A stretch of 64,000 nucleotides of DNA. Source: Kiritimatiellia bacterium (GTDB lineage Bacteria > Verrucomicrobiota > Kiritimatiellia > RFP12 > UBA1067). A program made the translations under genes and the position numbers. Positions 49,501 through 56,919 of the stretch are shown in pieces. The stretch spans positions 1,268-65,267 of the forward strand of contig JAGBZX010000001.1 of the NCBI GenBank assembly GCA_017628025.1, read 5' to 3'. Positions within the stretch are counted from its first letter, which is position 1; each line of letters begins with the position of its first letter. A model generated the notes under the pieces. It was given only the letters and a program-made list of their open reading frames with translations. It was not told the DNA's origin and did no database searches.

Positions 49501-52500
49501 CACCTTGGGGTCGGGTCGGTATGCGTTGGATTTGGCGATGTGAGGTTTGCCTTGAGCATTTCCTCATAGTTATTGATACCATCGCCATCAGGGTCAGCCT
49601 CAAGAGCACCGGCAAACCAAGGATACATCATCCAGTCGTAGATGAGAGGCAGCGTGATTGGCGTAGGACGAACCGCACTACCATTCTGCGGAGGATCCAT
49701 AAAGATCTTGGAACGATCGTAATCGGTATGAGTCCATTCATTGAATGCCGCGTTGAACAGTTCCGCTCTGCCGTAGGCCTCAGCAATAACGTCCTTAGAG
49801 CCTGCCTGGACAGAACCTAAAAGCGGGTTAAGACCATGGAACATTTCGTAGTAGTCGTCCATACCGTCACCGTCTGTATCCCAGTTGCGTGGGTCAGTAG
49901 AGACGTACGAAAGGTACGAAGGCATAAGGTAAATATCCGACATATTATCGGGCGTGGCAATCGGTGGCAAGAGGATTTCCTTCGCAGGGAGCGTAGGCTC
50001 GGTGTACGAGCGATCCCATGCGCACTCTGGTCTTGACATATAGCCGCAGAACTTCCAACCCATTTCGCTCCATGGCTGGCTGAATACGCCTGCTGCATTC
50101 ATTCTCTCCAATACGGCAGTTGCCTTGGAGCTGACGTTTGAAGTTACGACAGTGACGTAGTTTGTGACCATCACATTCGTAAGTTCATTCGTTGTAACAG
50201 CAATGCCGTTAGTGGTAACTACAACCTCAACACCCTCTGGGCCATAGACATAAGCAGCGACATTTACGCCATAACCAGAGCCGCTATGCGACATAGGCGC
50301 GTAGCCCATGAAGCCTTGAGCGTGACCAGCGCCGTTAGGACCTTCCTTGAGCATTCTGCCCATTAAGAGCGTCGTGCAATCGTCCCAACGGAAGTGACGA
50401 ACTGTCTGAATAAGATATTCCTGCCAGTTTTCAAGACCATCGTGGTCGAAGTCAACGTCACGAACAGTACCAAGGAGCGGGTCGAAGGAGTGAGCCGTCC
50501 ACTGATCACCTTCTACCTGTTCTTCAACTGGGTCGGTGTATGTATCGCCATACCATGTGCCGTCCATACCGCCAGCGAGGTAAACAACATTAAGCGTCTT
50601 GCCTGCGACACCGTCAGCAATCGATACCGTGTTAGAAGGCGCGCCTGTAGAGAGATCTGTTGGCGAACCAGCATACTGGCGTTCCCATGGGTCAGGAAGC
50701 GCGTCCTGGTCAGTGTCAACCGTGAGCGGGTTAAGACCACCGCCGCGGATACAACGCGAGCCGTCGTCAGTTGGCGTGCCGAAGATGAACGCTCTCATCT
50801 CAACGCCGCCTTCACCGAGAAGGTCATTACCTTCCTGACCGTCAGCGATAGAGTCGCGGTCAGTATCGGGCTGATTTGGATCTGTTGGGAAGAACTTGTT
50901 GAACCAACCCTTTGTGTTACCTGGGTGTCTGCTATAGATTGACTGGCAGCCACTGTAAGCATTGCAAGAATCTGTACCTGCGAATTCTGCCGCGTATACT
51001 AAGCCGTCATCATCTCTATCGAGTGGCAACATAAGGCCAAGAATTGGTGGCTCAAAGGCGGTTCTGGTTTCTTCATCGCCAGGAGCCTGACGAGGATTGC
51101 GATAGACGTAAAGTTCCCAGCCGTCTGGTACGCCGTCGCCATCACTATCTGCACCATGAGCTCTTACAACATTCTTGCCTTGATTTGCTGCTGCAAGCGC
51201 GTCAGCAAGAGCATTTGAAACTTCGGCGTCCGTCTTGTTATCAGTTTGATTTTGACCAGCCTGCGTTGTCGCATTCGAAGAGACATTTGTTGTCACATTA
51301 GTGCCAGTAGTATCAATAATCTCATCGTCTGTAACTTCTTCTTCAAGCGTTACAGTTGGAATAGTTGTCATAAGTCCGAGCCAACCCCATGTATTTTCTG
51401 GGTCCGGAGGCTCTTGCATGCCAGGATACATAATATTGAAGTGCTGACGGTAGCGCGCCAAGAGATACTCGTCATAAGTCGTGTATTCCTTCGTGCGCAT
51501 TGCCATACCAGCGATGTCAGAATCGCTAATTGGTTCCCAACGTGCGCCGACAAGTCCATCATCATTCATATACCACGCCGTGCGTGGATCAAAGCCATAG
51601 CGAGTATAAATCTGATCGTGGAGGAAGACGTAGCGATCAAGATAAAGTGGCGCGCCTGCTGGAATAAGGATGCCATCTCTTTCCTGAGGATAGCAAAGTG
51701 CCGCACCGAAAATCGTAGGATTTTGTGGATCATAATCATCCTCACGGCCATACTTAAGAGGCACTGGATTACCGCCATCAACCGTAGTCGTAAGCGATAC
51801 AACAGCTCTCTTAAGCTGGATACCATCAGCCTTAATGACATAGTATATGTTAGAAATTACTTCCATCTTGTCATTATAGACAGGCTCTTGCTTGTAGTCT
51901 TCACCTGCAACAAGCTGATTGTCGCAGTCAAAATACATAATACCTGTACTTGGATCGATGTAGGCGAGTCTTTGGAAGTGCTCGTAAGCCATGAAGTCGC
52001 CGTCCTCGTTTGTGTTCTTCGAGTTGGCAAGAGGATCAAGGCTCATCATAACTTCCCAACCATCGCACATATGGTCACCATCGGTGTCCCAGTGGCAGGG
52101 GTTCGTGCCGATAATAAGTTCTTCAATATCGGAAAGGCCGTCGTTATCGAAGTCGAACGTCTTTTCTGCCGCTTCATCAACGCGGCGTGAGCAAGGATTG
52201 AACTGCTCAACTACCAAACTTGCAGGAATTTCATCACCGGTTACAAGTCTAAGGTGATTGAAGCGTTCAAAGGGATATTTCTGACCTTCCTGAACCTTAT
52301 AAGCGCCACCTGGTACTAACACCTTAGCGGCATACCAGAAGAAATATTCCCAACCGTCATCAAAACCGTCAGAATCAGTATCTGCCTTAGTAGGATCAAG
52401 TCTTGATTGTTCGCCAGTTGGCTCTGGGCTCCACTTCTCAAGATCTTCTTTAGTAATAGTTGCCCAAGCTTCTCTTTCATCAACTGGCTTAGCAAGTTCC

Positions 52501-55500
52501 TCTGCGACTTCATCTGGAGTCTTGGAGTGAACTGTTGCGAAGTAAGCGTTAGTCTCAACTGGAGAGAACTCTGGATCGCTTGACGTAAGATCTGTAGCGT
52601 TAAGTCCTAAGCCATCGAGACCACGAATTTCTCTAAATGTTGTAAGAGCGACATTGCCAATTGGCGCATAGCTCCTCATAATACCGTCAACTCTCTGAAG
52701 CGTACCATTTGCCATATAGACACCGGGCATAAGGTCCTCATCAGGGTTGGAGGCTGCGATGTCGGTGAGGTCATTTTCGATTGAACTTAAGCCAAGAAGC
52801 TCAAGAAGCTTGCCGCCGCCCCATGTGCGGTGAACAAAGACGTCAGGAATGCCGTCTTGGTTAATATCACCAAGGTTATCCGCCGCGCGCCATTCGCGAG
52901 CGAAGATAGCCTCAATATGCGTATCGAGGTAGCTGCCGTCACCAGTGTATTCAGTAGGAAGTGTGACGCGGCCGCTCGAAACTGCACCAGGACGCTCTGG
53001 GAGAATTGCGCCATTGAGAACGGTGCTACCACCAGCGCCAGTATTGTCATTCTTATCCTGTGCTAGCCAGCAATAGAAGAAGCTGTCGTAACCCTCTCCG
53101 TCATACTTATAGCATGAGTCATCAGCAATATTAACAGTTGGATCAGTGTTATTGCCGCTGCCATCAATCTGCTGATCAAGCCCATTAGAAAGAGCTCCAT
53201 TATCAATGTCGCCGTCCTTATAACCAAAACCATAAACGGTCATGGTAATCTGCTTGCCGCAGTTCCACTTAAGCTGGAAGTTCTCAGCACTCGTGAAGCT
53301 TGCGCCAGAAACATAAGTGTGACCCTTGCCGATACCCTTAGCAAGAGCATACTTTTGAGAAAGCTGTGATGTTGAATCACCGCCGAAAGGACCAGTAGCA
53401 GTCGTGATAAGGAACTTAGAAGGCGTAACCTTAAATAGCCACGTATACGAGTGCGAGCCACCGTCCTTATCTTCAATCATAAGAGTGACGCTCTGCTCGC
53501 CTGCTGCCGCGCCAAAGTTCGGAACAAACGTGCCGCTTGCTGCGCCGGTAATATTCGTGGAGAACTGATTTGCGCACCCAGTGAACGTAACTTTAATACC
53601 ACCCTGTGTGCCATCTGCCCACTTGTTGGTGAAGTCGTCCATAACATCGCTCATGATCTTCCACGAAATCGGGTGACCAGTAGCAGCGCCACCGGCAACT
53701 TCCCAGTGGTTGGTGTTTTCTTCTGGTGTCACAGAGACAACAGGAGCTACGTTCTTAATATAAACACGGTGTGAGCTTGGCAGATAATAGTCATTTGCCT
53801 TCTCATTAGGTGTTGGTAGAAGATTCTCTGTTACAACGCTGGCCTTAATCTCAAAGCCGAAGATTTCAGCATTGTCTGTACCATCAAGCTCAATAGCGTT
53901 AATTACCTGCGTCTTCTTAGTTTTGCTGAGAGTTACGTAATAAACGCCTTCCTCCTCGCCTGGCTCAGTTGAAGCAAACGCGCTGTCAAGAAGCAGCTTA
54001 CCGGGGTTTGGCCTATTGCCTTCGCCATATTGAACGACTTCAAGTTTAACCTTCACATCGCCAGCATAGCGGTTATCAAAGTAATCTAAACTTACTGTGA
54101 ACCTGGCGCCGCGAGTATCGTTTTCATCAAGAAGCGTTTCATCAACTTCTGCTGTTGACCCTTCTGGACCAGTTACCATAACGTATGGCTGATTGAGAAC
54201 TTCAACACTTACCGACGAAGACTGGTCGGTATAACGCGACATATCTTTATCTTTTACTTTACACCTGAATGTATAAACACCAGCTTGAGTAAACGTGTAA
54301 TAGAAGTTCGTTGGGTTGTCGCCTGAGGGATTGCCTTGAATAATAAAGGGATCTTCTTCATAAAGTTCACCATCAAGATAAACAGACCACTGAACTCTGA
54401 ACTGCTCGTTTGTGTCAGTCGTTGTAAGGTCAAACTCACCTGGATCATCAACGAACGGACGGAAACGGCGCGTCATACCGACGGGAACCTTAGTAGGATA
54501 CGTTGAGCCGTCTTCGTATGCGTCAGCAGAATCGTTAACGTAAATACCTCTAATTACAGGCTCTACGTTGTAAACTCTAAAGTTAAGCTCTTCACTTGTT
54601 GGATAACCTTCGATCTTGTTATCGGGATTCCAAGACTTTGAAGTACAAAGAACAACCTGGAAACGGAATTTCGCGCCGTTCTTTGCGATATTGGCACCGT
54701 CAAGAGCGAGCATCGAGTTAGAAACCCAGCTCGTTACATTCTTGCCAATCTTGATGCCGCTAGTACCAGCTGCAGCAGTCTGCAGGTTAGTAATAATAAA
54801 GCTCTCGTCAAACTGCTTAAGATCGATTTCGTCTTCAGAGTAAAGGAACGCGTAAGCATCTTGACCAAGCTTAATCTGTTCATCACCAGAGAAGAAACCA
54901 ATCTGGAAGTTTACAGAATCACCTTCGTTGTATGTATTATCCTTGCCGTCAATCGTCTGGATAACAATCGTCGTTACATCCTTAACCGTAACATTAAAGG
55001 TGTAAATTTCACTCCACTGTTTACCGTAAGGTGAAAGAACCTGGATTGTGCCAGTCTTCTCGCCAGAAGTTGAATACGAAACAGAAGGAAGAGTTACGTT
55101 GCCTTCATCATCAATCGCAACAAGCTTCTCTTCCTTGTAAAAATACTTGCCGGGAAGAGTGCTACCATTAATCTTAAGCGTGTAGCCATTTTCCTCGTCA
55201 GTAATATCGGCAAAAATGTCAGAAAGCGTAATCGTAAGAGGCAATGAGGCGCCGCTTTCAACTGAATCTTCATGTTCAACGCCAGTAATAACTGGCTTTG
55301 CTGCCTTAATCGTGAAGCTTGCTGCATTTAGATTCTTAATGCCTGAGGCTTCCTGTTCGCCCGCCCCAAGCGAAGGAGTAAGGCGGATTGGCTTAGCCTT
55401 TGTACGAGTATATTCATCGCTCTTTAATGGGTAAATATACACATACTGCCTAGCAGTTGAGTTAGCTGTAAACTCTAGCGTGAGCGCCTGCTCAGACTCT

Positions 55501-56906
55501 TCTTTTGTAGGCGTCGTAGCTACGCTCTCGTCAGAAGCAAAGCGGAAATAATCTTCCCACTTGATATCAGCATCTGCAACACCATTAGTTGCATTGAAAG
55601 ATGGCGTAAGTGTTACGTGAATCGTCGTATCAACTGGCTGATTCAAGTAAACTGCAACCATGCTTTTAGAGTTTTCTAAATCGCCATCTGCAGTAACTTC
55701 AACTGGGTCAATTTCAAGATAAACTGAAGCCGACTCCTTCTCAGAGCACATTACCGGCACTTCGAGATAATCTTCCACGCGGTTGTTGTTCGTGTCATAC
55801 GTGTAATAGGGATAGGCGCTCAGGACGAGCTTAGCCTTATTCGGGTGCGCGACACCGTAAAGCTTAAATCCGCCAGTCGTGGAGCCGCGGCTAATCGTAA
55901 CCTTGGCCATCTGGACAGTCATCGTCTGCTTTTCAAGCTGCCCGCCCGCGCCGGCAACGATGTTCGTCACAATCGTAGTAGGCGTGCCGCCGCTGATCTT
56001 GACTGCCTTTTCGTCTGTTGACCAGACATAAAGCGTAATATTATCTTCTTCGACCGCGCTGTCCGCCACTAGGCTGGCTGTGCCGTAACCGATCTTTGTT
56101 GAAGCCTCATGAACTGTGCGCCACACGCCTTCCGAATCGTCGGTAGGCGGAATTTCCCACTCGGGATGGAAATCAACTGTCTGGACGTAGAAGCCGCATT
56201 TCTTGAGCGTGAAGTCGGTTTCACGACGACCCCATGGCTTCTGGTCAAGAACGTTATCGACATTTGAAGCGAAGACGAGATCAGCAAATTTGCTGTCATT
56301 GGCACCTGCAGAATCGTTGTTGCCATCACGAATCTGCCATTTGCCCTGATCGCCAACTTTAGTGGAAAGACGGTTGAAGACGTATTTTGAAGCACTTCCT
56401 GATTCCTGCGCGGGCATGTAGTTGCCGTCTTCATCTTCAACGGCCAACTTGATGGGCAGCGCGAAATCACCGGGCTTAGTGGTGTACTTAAAGACGAAAT
56501 CGCTGTAGATGTATCCGTCGTCCGGCTCATCAGGATTCACAGGAGTCAAGAACTGCGTTTCCACGAGATCCGCCCAGCGAAGCTCACCAGAAACATAGAT
56601 ACCGATCTGAAGCGGATACATAGCTTCGTCAAGCGTGGGTGAACCCCACGTGACATCGTTATGCACGAGCCTCCAGTGTGGATTATTAATCCCGTTTCTA
56701 ACAAGCCTCATGACGAAGTATAAGTCTTCACCAGCTTTTAGCGGCTCGCTTATTGTTGTGTAGGCGTCTGCCTGCACATACTGCAAGGTTCCTGCTTGTG
56801 TAGCTGGTTTACACGGACGGATTTCGTATATGTCCGCTCCGGTGGCAACTCCCGCCAGAGAAATAAGTCCAGCGAGTAATATTCCGGATTTCATTAGTGA
56901 TTTCAT
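37581..56906 (-). CDS. Giant secreted calcium-binding repeat protein (6441 aa): PKD-like + TSP3-like motifs + LamG + three super-repeats
   Basis: Uninterrupted 19,326-nt ORF. ATG 56906 has AAGGAG 8 nt upstream. Signal peptide MKSLMKSGILLAGLISLAGVATGA. About 30 DxDxDGxxDxWE-type motifs counted by eye. Residue numbering was checked against nucleotide coordinates at two points (V2679 = 48872; D5486 = 40451). Confidence 0.9.
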   Translation of the reverse strand: MKSLMKSGILLAGLISLAGVATGADIYEIRPCKPATQAGTLQYVQADAYTTISEPLKAGEDLYFVMRLVRNGINNPHWRLVHNDVTWGSPTLDEAMYPLQIGIYVSGELRWADLVETQFLTPVNPDEPDDGYIYSDFVFKYTTKPGDFALPIKLAVEDEDGNYMPAQESGSASKYVFNRLSTKVGDQGKWQIRDGNNDSAGANDSKFADLVFASNVDNVLDQKPWGRRETDFTLKKCGFYVQTVDFHPEWEIPPTDDSEGVWRTVHEASTKIGYGTASLVADSAVEEDNITLYVWSTDEKAVKISGGTPTTIVTNIVAGAGGQLEKQTMTVQMAKVTISRGSTTGGFKLYGVAHPNKAKLVLSAYPYYTYDTNNNRVEDYLEVPVMCSEKESASVYLEIDPVEVTADGDLENSKSMVAVYLNQPVDTTIHVTLTPSFNATNGVADADIKWEDYFRFASDESVATTPTKEESEQALTLEFTANSTARQYVYIYPLKSDEYTRTKAKPIRLTPSLGAGEQEASGIKNLNAASFTIKAAKPVITGVEHEDSVESGASLPLTITLSDIFADITDEENGYTLKINGSTLPGKYFYKEEKLVAIDDEGNVTLPSVSYSTSGEKTGTIQVLSPYGKQWSEIYTFNVTVKDVTTIVIQTIDGKDNTYNEGDSVNFQIGFFSGDEQIKLGQDAYAFLYSEDEIDLKQFDESFIITNLQTAAAGTSGIKIGKNVTSWVSNSMLALDGANIAKNGAKFRFQVVLCTSKSWNPDNKIEGYPTSEELNFRVYNVEPVIRGIYVNDSADAYEDGSTYPTKVPVGMTRRFRPFVDDPGEFDLTTTDTNEQFRVQWSVYLDGELYEEDPFIIQGNPSGDNPTNFYYTFTQAGVYTFRCKVKDKDMSRYTDQSSSVSVEVLNQPYVMVTGPEGSTAEVDETLLDENDTRGARFTVSLDYFDNRYAGDVKVKLEVVQYGEGNRPNPGKLLLDSAFASTEPGEEEGVYYVTLSKTKKTQVINAIELDGTDNAEIFGFEIKASVVTENLLPTPNEKANDYYLPSSHRVYIKNVAPVVSVTPEENTNHWEVAGGAATGHPISWKIMSDVMDDFTNKWADGTQGGIKVTFTGCANQFSTNITGAASGTFVPNFGAAAGEQSVTLMIEDKDGGSHSYTWLFKVTPSKFLITTATGPFGGDSTSQLSQKYALAKGIGKGHTYVSGASFTSAENFQLKWNCGKQITMTVYGFGYKDGDIDNGALSNGLDQQIDGSGNNTDPTVNIADDSCYKYDGEGYDSFFYCWLAQDKNDNTGAGGSTVLNGAILPERPGAVSSGRVTLPTEYTGDGSYLDTHIEAIFAREWRAADNLGDINQDGIPDVFVHRTWGGGKLLELLGLSSIENDLTDIAASNPDEDLMPGVYMANGTLQRVDGIMRSYAPIGNVALTTFREIRGLDGLGLNATDLTSSDPEFSPVETNAYFATVHSKTPDEVAEELAKPVDEREAWATITKEDLEKWSPEPTGEQSRLDPTKADTDSDGFDDGWEYFFWYAAKVLVPGGAYKVQEGQKYPFERFNHLRLVTGDEIPASLVVEQFNPCSRRVDEAAEKTFDFDNDGLSDIEELIIGTNPCHWDTDGDHMCDGWEVMMSLDPLANSKNTNEDGDFMAYEHFQRLAYIDPSTGIMYFDCDNQLVAGEDYKQEPVYNDKMEVISNIYYVIKADGIQLKRAVVSLTTTVDGGNPVPLKYGREDDYDPQNPTIFGAALCYPQERDGILIPAGAPLYLDRYVFLHDQIYTRYGFDPRTAWYMNDDGLVGARWEPISDSDIAGMAMRTKEYTTYDEYLLARYRQHFNIMYPGMQEPPDPENTWGWLGLMTTIPTVTLEEEVTDDEIIDTTGTNVTTNVSSNATTQAGQNQTDNKTDAEVSNALADALAAANQGKNVVRAHGADSDGDGVPDGWELYVYRNPRQAPGDEETRTAFEPPILGLMLPLDRDDDGLVYAAEFAGTDSCNAYSGCQSIYSRHPGNTKGWFNKFFPTDPNQPDTDRDSIADGQEGNDLLGEGGVEMRAFIFGTPTDDGSRCIRGGGLNPLTVDTDQDALPDPWERQYAGSPTDLSTGAPSNTVSIADGVAGKTLNVVYLAGGMDGTWYGDTYTDPVEEQVEGDQWTAHSFDPLLGTVRDVDFDHDGLENWQEYLIQTVRHFRWDDCTTLLMGRMLKEGPNGAGHAQGFMGYAPMSHSGSGYGVNVAAYVYGPEGVEVVVTTNGIAVTTNELTNVMVTNYVTVVTSNVSSKATAVLERMNAAGVFSQPWSEMGWKFCGYMSRPECAWDRSYTEPTLPAKEILLPPIATPDNMSDIYLMPSYLSYVSTDPRNWDTDGDGMDDYYEMFHGLNPLLGSVQAGSKDVIAEAYGRAELFNAAFNEWTHTDYDRSKIFMDPPQNGSAVRPTPITLPLIYDWMMYPWFAGALEADPDGDGINNYEEMLKANLTSPNPTHTDPTPRWFTDSGMPMSFTAQYYTQGAPVRNVMFPDSELPFKLTSLATSDEYYQNAIMGSMREDPAAPQQAFLTSFEENEGYDTDNDWVADGREIIKTVKVATDPLDFSDPERHQAAWFDGTDSFMMTRTQAYRGSDANDMFKQFTVEAWICPERKGIVQTILDRAVLYSGNTAVNPGAVIRSNFRLGIDEQGRVFGLFDNADALESGSNEPVSCQRVTGQMLELGKWVHIALTYNGKKLTLYVNGQIADSAETTLIPANGVVFVEQDIGSGLLTGLYDFMPTTLYLGARPIHTPSLENRGDPLVVDKVSYNTIREYFGGYIDEVRVWDGARTSAEILGNYRKRFTMADAKDNRISAYQVWLNRGTRNDNDGLPMLPPELLMHYSFTSLPGATDPAWVSKTPSGFNKQILDITEVDYTKMQDMDFTGCYDVARPELPNLVEVSCNLKGGAYGTYKLGEKTALSYGWWNECETKSRVYNDITVVPWVENTVAHLPAMDSSTMDSLYYSEALAASYVDPTDSGVERFIFPNAANPYSFFNYGADRYLTLFRRNRLVEQMGTKYEPILNLYRYEVRSRLVGPSDLLPMGGAYARRAKEMWDGVPADAWEYTAADDNANGISDWWEEYARGNYGNITWDQDINWNTLIIYHGAEMPAYQAFLIDLAMGLQPNGQFDSDFVSTADTNANNLPDWWEDLFGTKGGADDDDDNDGLSNYNEYLISFGSSPYGIKNGFPILNPLKNRTGRDQLVTDYYLSGPDHAILLSDRHISPNSYIGQIVSDTDFVENWWEKKYNYSFASSKKYDPDYDKDEDGWSNWAEARAFIWRGSFAADVVDRFIDGDNHIICYPEPAIGVRLSYNGVQDTSSKGLVVRTFSGYTPRVDATFTVPAYGVARSKIIGGYYADNVIRGFLTPGNLIPAEVRFERASMSAERTYRWHYVDGLGERFEYSGTYEEYRRQLLFNPALILDDIVLEWVEFGKTLSDADGNKGDIVFAGTDSAGNSVSVNIGKINYRTGEYSIDLAAVESATGESFEGNIFQVIWSYRIGNEYPQAIWLSEPVSGRVKEGKNTVEAFIDMDGDGVFTPGIDPYGAVHDVEIGWHKTKELIIELKDESSAIARVNVADAQGAGNAAQGATQDEITTTVVVRRTSINGSTIFNDKTVPVRTLLTKTFVNDDRSYITEADVISANTPDLDWKWLLKDATKLGIAVEDLRTAGYEITKRSILTDGTVTNDVISTFENEFLASRSIAIAKEPLATAPVYRAYPTMSFQTGDETMKAYRLQIATSTNKTDVIYDSGIKILPGRIGYTVGTLVHTVTPEFYWNCAVTTNGSYYVHDASNYYWRVALLNSKFNTAEFDSDWSKWTAFQMDVSNVNRYPLLPTGYGKCGAVVRYFGCARTNELSGAVVVEAFASADFTGMPLDRKRYTDVSRLSSIADITTTDVVLGGIEPGEVYLRAYIDLNNNGRRDAWEPWGYANRVGTDAVDIYTPDAIQVTDEVNAFEKKIIYIEDPDTNRNEIPDCTEAEFFSTSVTAEVVGNDSDGDGLSDEDEASFGTDPSMWDSDGDGMPDGWEAIFADMDPLFADAGEYTDGDVMAFATMDAKLVTIKSNAPDAELVTYIMKTDDTLPVGGDLAKGLEVYNSFEYPVIEDGVEVKYIGRGGLITIDDPAPITNIVDDVTNVVQYVNRVVNVYDAKVALLHAQVYAEFGFNSLTAVNATNAVNTKVFTALDKYLLLRYFASLGICEEADVNQKNLWKSYSLVPYNVDYDEDGVPDGWELYVMFGKNDMNLESFTNGKAISCWKFDDREIDEDADNLKLVNEYDRGNMPTDPWNDHTVSSVFNDSDAYFYDIKTPEAQFSDVDNDGLSNIQEYKAREYGLVLDVRKLMTDTVTNDYFRQVVVAGNTHYIGEVVADHDFIEDSIESDFGYNRGLYDATKDTDKDGWSNWSEIRSFVETGVSYIADVISNEVIRSNISSEEYDYIRNNYAVLEDNISVSTSMDAAGNWTSSISGSIRYLDTQTVMRVQSNYAGVPYPTINVKLAYSGEKDIDAGAFVIEAYASANMQKKLCWWVVPQSDYEGSMAHNGYLSMSLKIPQHGYLKEGDIHFAAYADINGDGMYNAAEPFGIVKSIPVGYSRAADFTIELTDVTPVVPRIDILAATSDRTVLEGSTTNTSNVVFGSTPAAPVAPGATAGTAGGTTSSIDGEQIRVRIVRTAINGDTTAKKRTLLNRIYTVANRSFIHEGDFYTALKNDIDPYLAADAKSMGLAPSAIADATYEVILGDAKYKAGQTNENVFATFKNEYPSTRSSGLPIAPSANSRGVVTAARPSFEFNADTQAYTAYALQVSRDENFGDVVFATTNLLSGAVKGVVTAEPRFFAEDGATYFWRVALFNAKFSSLEKLSSQDVVWSEAAKFTVDLSGEATANVKYYGPSATAGNIVVEAYSTPDFAGIAKSRVVGSSLVDGAASITLSGLPNGEYYLLAFIDRNGDGVRQSYESWGYACNVGTQDAEIWTPVSVTINADAVFDPAVATVYIEDTDINQNFIVDVLDNEDDLKAAEEAISSESDDDSSNDTSDRDGDGLKGFEEEEIGTDPDSVDTDGDGMWDGWEVWAGTDPLDAEDADTVVDGDVMAYSEVVMTTVRTRSTLTGTEEIYVLPEGAALPVIGDNMNDKVLNKAFEYAGGMYGIGASVTIPSTAKYILAGISNTTDNVVSSYLFTEDAAINVGDNVTGRQAYEIASVDGGIYTLGTLTNLNVDVTIIEPTSSNVVSTVTAVDVTLGENRAIEVNTEAKVVLLHNQVYRKYGFNSKTANGYIASEDRINTKEFTALDKYLLIRYYEAMGLCDERVVNAAADWASWSLKPGIIDSDWGDSEGRYGDGLPDGWELYTGYSPWDFADRTTDDDSDSLPLYNEFDRGNSPSDPNTVDTDGDGVTDKHAFYYHLKGEDARKDADGDGLSNYAEYLVSEVFNFVKLDPNNPKTDGSVVDYFRKVGEMYLGEMFTDHDRVGDDWEYQFAMAGVDGMLYANPGEYDPMIDRDNDGWSNYAEFRSNTDPDVDASSGIDGFIRIEHPVPVIEMNLVYNGAENLAGSVTFKAWNEKANFDMTKQPDAVWTVGNTVEMTTSTQLGQTTATEVEPSTKYIGINPKVRKTYYLGPGVVQAGTFRLFFKDTGFVWVNPETLEATSIGLVEEAQWYYFVVDKEGKLVTLGGEFGGETEVGTIDYKTGKVTIDFANPALNELWLGDPEMAEQDENSSDRNNNVTDYQSIRLGSAYVKIKWQSKSVSANTAGTYYLSDPDQGYAGIKEGFTTFTAEFTPSAGGNAPSAGSGMGGIGGMGATATATKTVYGVVRNVEVGWQGAKVTIELSEHSAITPRIDLAAGTSDRPDLAAEGYYTTDSRINTETNMLVEAAISEQSTRVRVARHAINGYPCYKLWALPTIVMDKYFTTAARSMLTEADFLGNGQFDIDWAKFNAEVMNNKYVADAFNYNALNITNVSYLVVIGEGKSSFESEDDMEEIAASKFLVTRRFDRICATPQLDNVSQIVYGARPTFKWSMPGESVWAKQFGSTYTAFRLQITDSSDGLVWDSGICRAPQMNSVGQFVWTAPICAGEKLANGKTFLTDSSYKWRVSMYNAKFSTESTTKWSSYSTFATMVNAQQDVNDHGYSAIDVSVKYAGSSVVLAKYKGAGTNGTVRVQAFTTADFSGTPVAETFATNDVENISLNTANAKLKGLPANGDFFVRAFIDMDGDGELSAFEPWGYAGEMVVLNNELVKSPIVGVWIEDSDTDGDWLPDAWEYASAGWRGKWESVKEVKSQTSIGSDKVILPEGFVTITNKIASGVFDAAISAGLPGASLTVFQSADFAAALIGLDVSKMSSISAIRDAIEKKIVPDTLKISSMTLDTAGKKVILGVDASVADTIAGIKLRDIFGIESGKNYATVTLKIYTKATLAEADWTLKSEITVNIGADEAVVEVPLTETLDCKSGYYKVEVVQ
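38139..47429 (-). repeat. Three diverged protein-level super-repeats of ~1090-1150 aa (SR1 ~43983..47429, SR2 ~40719..43982, SR3 ~38139..40718)
   Basis: Collinear landmark strings recur with periods of 1149 and 1088 aa. DNDGLSNYNEY / DNDGLSNIQEY / DGDGLSNYAEY occur at aa 3166, 4315 and 5403. The others are D.DGWSN[WY][AS]E; YYWRVALLNSKF / YFWRVALFNAKF / YKWRVSMYNAKF; and DAWEPWGYA / QSYESWGYA / SAFEPWGYA, each followed by [IV][YW]IED.D[TI]. No DNA-level identity is evident. Confidence 0.8.
48492..49184 (-). other. LamG / concanavalin-A-like lectin domain within the giant protein (aa ~2575-2805)
   Basis: FDGTDSFMM...FTVEAWICPERKG...LGKWVHIALTYNGKKLTLYVNGQ...LYLGARP...FGGYIDEVRVWDGARTSAEI follows the Laminin_G_3 pattern (F-T-x-E-x-W ... 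W-x-H-x-A-x-T-Y-x-G ... L-Y-V-N-G ... G-x-I-D-E-V-R-x-W). Confidence 0.8.
53418..53753 (-). other. PKD-like domain 2 within the giant protein (aa ~1052-1163)
   Basis: HPISWKIMSD...IKVTFTG...GEQSVTLMIEDKDGGSHSYTWLFKVTPS. Confidence 0.4.
54186..54566 (-). other. PKD-like domain 1 within the giant protein (aa ~781-907)
   Basis: QFRVQWSVYLDGELYEE...NPTNFYYTFTQAGVYTFRCKVKDKDMS...SVSVEVL resembles the PKD pattern (Y-x-F-x-x-x-G-x-Y-x-V-x-L-x-V-x-D). Confidence 0.45.
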
Positions 56907-56919
56907 TATTTTCGTCTCC

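Noticed and set aside
51246-52190. Long plus-strand ORFs (314 aa here; also 27748..28518, 37584..38240, 39456..40148, 44043..44699, 12453..12869 and the other plus-strand entries in the track)
   Set aside because: All lie entirely antisense within minus-strand genes that have clear protein signatures. Their translations are low-complexity and rich in R/L/S/C/I with no motifs, as expected for shadow ORFs opposite long coding regions.
38139-52874. Acidic DxDxDG repeats as a DNA-level tandem repeat, CRISPR-like array or assembly collapse
   Set aside because: Spacing is irregular and the motifs are encoded by varied codons. Similarity exists at protein level only, with no repeat-spacer architecture.
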